In this document: positions 61,081 through 64,000 of the stretch, one piece after another
How the letters are laid out: the number at the start of each line of letters is the position of its first letter
How positions within the stretch are numbered: position 1 is the stretch's first letter
NCBI GenBank assembly: GCA_017538965.1
Contig: JAFYHU010000053.1
Span: 4,210-68,209, forward strand
Direction: 5' to 3'
Length of the DNA stretch: 64,000 nucleotides
DNA from: Oscillospiraceae bacterium
GTDB lineage: Bacteria > Bacillota > Clostridia > Oscillospirales > Oscillospiraceae
Translations under genes and position numbers: made by a program
The notes under the pieces: generated by a model
What the model was told of the DNA's origin: nothing
What the model saw: the letters and a program-made list of their open reading frames with translations, nothing else
Databases searched by the model: none

Positions 61081-62636
61081 GCGGGAAAACGACAAGAAAA
61101 GATATAGAAAACGCGCTGATGCGCGGAGCAGACACACTTCGGGATACCATCGACGCAGCAAACTATAAAGACTACGTCCTTCCCATCATGTTTGTGAAGT
61201 ACCTCAGCGACTCGTATAACGAGGAAGTTGATAAACTCAAGCAGAAGTATGAGGGCATCCGCTTGGAACGGCAGAAAAGGTATCTTCCTTTTACCGTTGC
61301 AGAAGCGTGCTCCTTCGAATCCTTGTATGAGCGCCGTTTTTCCAATGATATTGGCCAGCTGATCAATGCCGCCATGCGCCAGATCGAGGCGGATAACAAC
61401 CAGCAGCTTGCCGGTGTGTTGAGTGCTGTTGACTACAATAGCGAAAACGCACTGGGAACGCGCGAGCACAAAAACGCCATTCTCCGCGATCTTTTGGAGG
61501 ATTTCAGTACTCTTGATATGCAGCCGTCGCACATCGAGGTCAAGGAAGGGCAGATCCCTGCGGATGTTATCGGCGATGCATATGAGTACATGATCGGTCA
61601 GTTTGCCAGCATGGCAGGGAAAAAGGCCGGCTCCTTCTATACACCGGCAGCTGTTTCGGAAATTATGGCTCGTATAGTCGACGTTAAACCTGGCGAGCGA
61701 GTATACGATCCGACTTGCGGTTCCGGCTCTCTCTTGATTAAGGCGGCAAAGCACGGAAATATCAAAGACATCGCCATCTATGGGCAGGAAGTAAACGGCT
61801 CTTCTGTCGCCATGGCTAAAATGAATATGTATATCCACGAGATCCGCGATGCGAAGATCGCGTGGGGTGACACCTTGGCAAACCCCATTTTCAAAGATGC
61901 GGATGGAAATCTCCTTCAATTTGATGCCATTGTAGCCAACATGCCCTTCTCCAAGGACAAATGGGCATCAGGCTTTAATCCCGGCGGAGAAGCCGCGGGA
62001 AAGGGGAAAAAAGAATTTAAGATGGAGGCATCCCTTGATAAGTTCCACCGCTTCGACTGGGGCGTACCCCCGGCCAGTAAAGGTGACTGGGCGTTCTTGC
62101 TGCATATGATTGCCAGCATGTCTGTAAATGGCCGCGTAGCTGCGGTCGCGCCTCATGGCGTACTCTTCCGCGGCGGGGCAGAGGGAAGGCTCCGGCAACG
62201 CATAGTCGAGGAGAACCTGCTTGACGCAGTGATTGGTCTCCCCGAGAACTTGTTCTATGGGGCAAGTATTCCGGCTTGCATCCTTATTTTCAAAAGAAAC
62301 CGCACGTCGGATGACGTCTTGTTTATAGACGCTTCCGGTGAGGGCAATTATGAGAAGGGCAAAAACCAGAACGTTCTGCGTGAACGCGATATCGAACACA
62401 TTGTCAGCACCTATCGCGCCCGCGAAGCATTCGTCGATAAATACAGCTATCTTGCATCTCGGGAAGAAATTCGGCAAAACGATTATAATCTGAATATCCC
62501 TCGCTATGTAGACACTTTTGAGGAAGAAGAGATAATTGATATTGACGAAGTCAAGCAGAACATAGCCAGTATCGAAGCAGAAATAGCGGAAGTTGAGGCA
62601 AAACTTGCCAAGTATCTGGAGGAGCTGGGCTTATGA
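61077..62636 (+). CDS. hsdM: Type I restriction-modification N6-adenine DNA methyltransferase subunit
   Basis: HsdM N-terminal domain LRDTIDAANYKDYVLPIMFVKYLSD. Motif I is VYDPTCGSGSLL and motif IV is VANMPFS. Confidence 0.9.
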   Translation: MSGKTTRKDIENALMRGADTLRDTIDAANYKDYVLPIMFVKYLSDSYNEEVDKLKQKYEGIRLERQKRYLPFTVAEACSFESLYERRFSNDIGQLINAAMRQIEADNNQQLAGVLSAVDYNSENALGTREHKNAILRDLLEDFSTLDMQPSHIEVKEGQIPADVIGDAYEYMIGQFASMAGKKAGSFYTPAAVSEIMARIVDVKPGERVYDPTCGSGSLLIKAAKHGNIKDIAIYGQEVNGSSVAMAKMNMYIHEIRDAKIAWGDTLANPIFKDADGNLLQFDAIVANMPFSKDKWASGFNPGGEAAGKGKKEFKMEASLDKFHRFDWGVPPASKGDWAFLLHMIASMSVNGRVAAVAPHGVLFRGGAEGRLRQRIVEENLLDAVIGLPENLFYGASIPACILIFKRNRTSDDVLFIDASGEGNYEKGKNQNVLRERDIEHIVSTYRAREAFVDKYSYLASREEIRQNDYNLNIPRYVDTFEEEEIIDIDEVKQNIASIEAEIAEVEAKLAKYLEELGL

Positions 62637-63640
62637 GCAACGAACTTGCAAATACCGGAAAAATCCTCATTTACCAGAACGAGAAGGGCGACACCAAAGT
62701 AGATGTCTATTTTGCAGAAGATACGATTTGGATGACTCAGCGCACCATGGCAGAGCTTTACCAGACCACTCCGCAGAATATTACCACTCACATAAAGAAC
62801 ATATATGAAGATCATGAATTGAGCGAGGATTCAACTTGTAAGGATTACTTACAAGTTCAACTTGAGGGCGGGAGAGAAGTTCATCGCGCTCGGAAATTCT
62901 ACAATCTCGATATGATTCTTGCTGTCGGCTACCGAGTGCGCAGCAATGTTGGTGTTCATTTCCGCAGGTGGGCAAGCGGTGTGCTTACCGAGTTCATGAG
63001 AAAGGGCTTTGTGCTGAACGATGAACGTCTGCGCAATCCGCGAGAATTCGGAGCAGATTACTTTGACGAACTGCTTGAGAGGATCCGCGACATTCGCGCA
63101 AGCGAAAAGCGAGTCTATCAAAAGGTCAAAGACATTTTTGCCCTGTCCGTTGACTACGACAGCCAGAGCTCTGCGGCACAGCTCTTTTTCAAAACCGCTC
63201 AAAACAAGCTTGAGTACGCTGCGACCGGCCACACTGCGCCGGAAATCATTGCCGCTCGTGCAGACGCGACCAAAGACAACATGGGCTTGACCTCTTTTAA
63301 AGGCGCAAAGGTGCGTAAAACAGACGTGACCATAGCGAAAAACTACATGACCCATGACGAAATCAGCACGCTGAATCTGATCGTCAACATGTATCTGGAT
63401 TACGCAGAGCTTCAAGCCAAGCAGCATCATGCTATGCATATGGCGGACTGGGAAGAGAAGCTGAATCAGTTTTTACAGTTCAACGGCCGAGAGGTTCTGA
63501 TGAATCTTGGAACTGTAAAGCGCGAGGTTGCGGAAGCGTTGGCCGTTGCCGAATATGAGAAATACGACCAGAATCGCCGCTTGATTGAAGCCGCAGATGC
63601 GGATGCGTTAGAGGCAGAAGTCAAGCGCATTAAGCAATAA
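62633..63640 (+). CDS. rhuM: RhuM-family protein embedded in the R-M operon
   Basis: ILIYQNEKGDTKVDVYFAEDTIWMTQRTMAELYQTTPQNITTHIKNIY and YNLDMILAVGYRVRSNVGVHFRRWAS form the characteristic RhuM N-terminus. Confidence 0.85.
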   Translation: MSNELANTGKILIYQNEKGDTKVDVYFAEDTIWMTQRTMAELYQTTPQNITTHIKNIYEDHELSEDSTCKDYLQVQLEGGREVHRARKFYNLDMILAVGYRVRSNVGVHFRRWASGVLTEFMRKGFVLNDERLRNPREFGADYFDELLERIRDIRASEKRVYQKVKDIFALSVDYDSQSSAAQLFFKTAQNKLEYAATGHTAPEIIAARADATKDNMGLTSFKGAKVRKTDVTIAKNYMTHDEISTLNLIVNMYLDYAELQAKQHHAMHMADWEEKLNQFLQFNGREVLMNLGTVKREVAEALAVAEYEKYDQNRRLIEAADADALEAEVKRIKQ

Positions 63641-63679
63641 TACCGATTCTCTATTAAGAAATAGAAGGGAGAGAGGACC

Positions 63680-64000
63680 ATGGCAATCATTCCATCCTTT
63701 TTTATGGATGCCGTTGTTACTTTAGGCATATGTCTGCCTAACAGCGAAAAATTTTGGGTTGGAACAGGCTTTCTGGTCGGGCGTAAGGAAGAATCAGATG
63801 CGGGCCAATCAACCGTGTACATTATTACAAATAAGCATGTTGTTAACAACCAGAAGGCCTTATATGTTCGCTTTGGCAATGACGGATCTTCTGGAGTGAA
63901 AGATTTGCCTATGTCATTGATCGATGATAGTGGAATGCGTCTTTTTTCGGCTCATGAACACCCCGAAGTTGATATTGTAGCAATTCAGATTATTCCCCGC
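63680..64000 (+). CDS. trypsin-like (S1, Trypsin_2-type) serine peptidase; 5' part only, runs off the window end
   Basis: Absent from the ORF track because there is no stop in the window. ATG 63680 has a gggagagagg RBS. GTGFLVGR...VYIITNKHVV carries the catalytic His context and EVDIVAIQI the catalytic Asp context. Confidence 0.65.
   Translation, partial: MAIIPSFFMDAVVTLGICLPNSEKFWVGTGFLVGRKEESDAGQSTVYIITNKHVVNNQKALYVRFGNDGSSGVKDLPMSLIDDSGMRLFSAHEHPEVDIVAIQIIPR

Noticed and set aside
53595-64000. Whether the tRNA-adjacent island is a prophage or an ICE.
   Set aside because: I recognised no capsid, terminase, portal or tail genes, and no relaxase or T4SS genes, in the window. The content is TA/Abi/R-M-type defence cargo. 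Mobility genes, if any, lie outside the window.

Overview
The window is a visibly GC-rich chromosomal segment. I did not compute GC. It looks like a Clostridia/Oscillospirales-type Firmicute, inferred from SLH domains, an MBOAT+DHHW-like operon, DUF896, BspA-type LRR and Listeria-Bacteroides-repeat surface proteins. The backbone genes are a GH13 amylase, MalQ, a PfkB kinase, two ABC importers, a MATE pump, a HlyD/MacB-like pair, a Tat-exported flavin reductase cluster with a LysR regulator, a GGDEF-EAL protein, an O-acylation operon with two SLH/transglutaminase-like paralogs, an FAH hydrolase and tRNA-Leu(UAA). Lower-GC accessory patches are interspersed. (1) A receptor-like TIR-TM-YD-repeat protein lies next to a giant LRR/YD surface protein. 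(2) A DUF4143 AAA ATPase is followed by a DUF4062/TIR-like-coiled-coil-TPR protein, which I read as a possible split-STAND defence candidate. (3) There are three type II TA modules: HigB2/HigA2, Phd-VapC and HipBA. (4) A tRNA-Leu-flanked island carries a second DUF4143 ATPase bracketed by 150-bp direct repeats, HipBA with a periodic operator array, a DUF6088/AbiEi-like gene, and a Type I R-M operon with embedded RhuM and a trypsin-like protease. There are two non-coding surprises. One is a ~260-nt structured intergenic element present in two inverted copies with compensatory base changes. The other is a 5' remnant of a group IIC intron sitting just after a terminator hairpin and truncated at the vapBC cassette. 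All coordinates were hand-counted and all family assignments come from motif recognition, not searches. Many long ORFs in the track are antisense shadows of real genes and were ignored.
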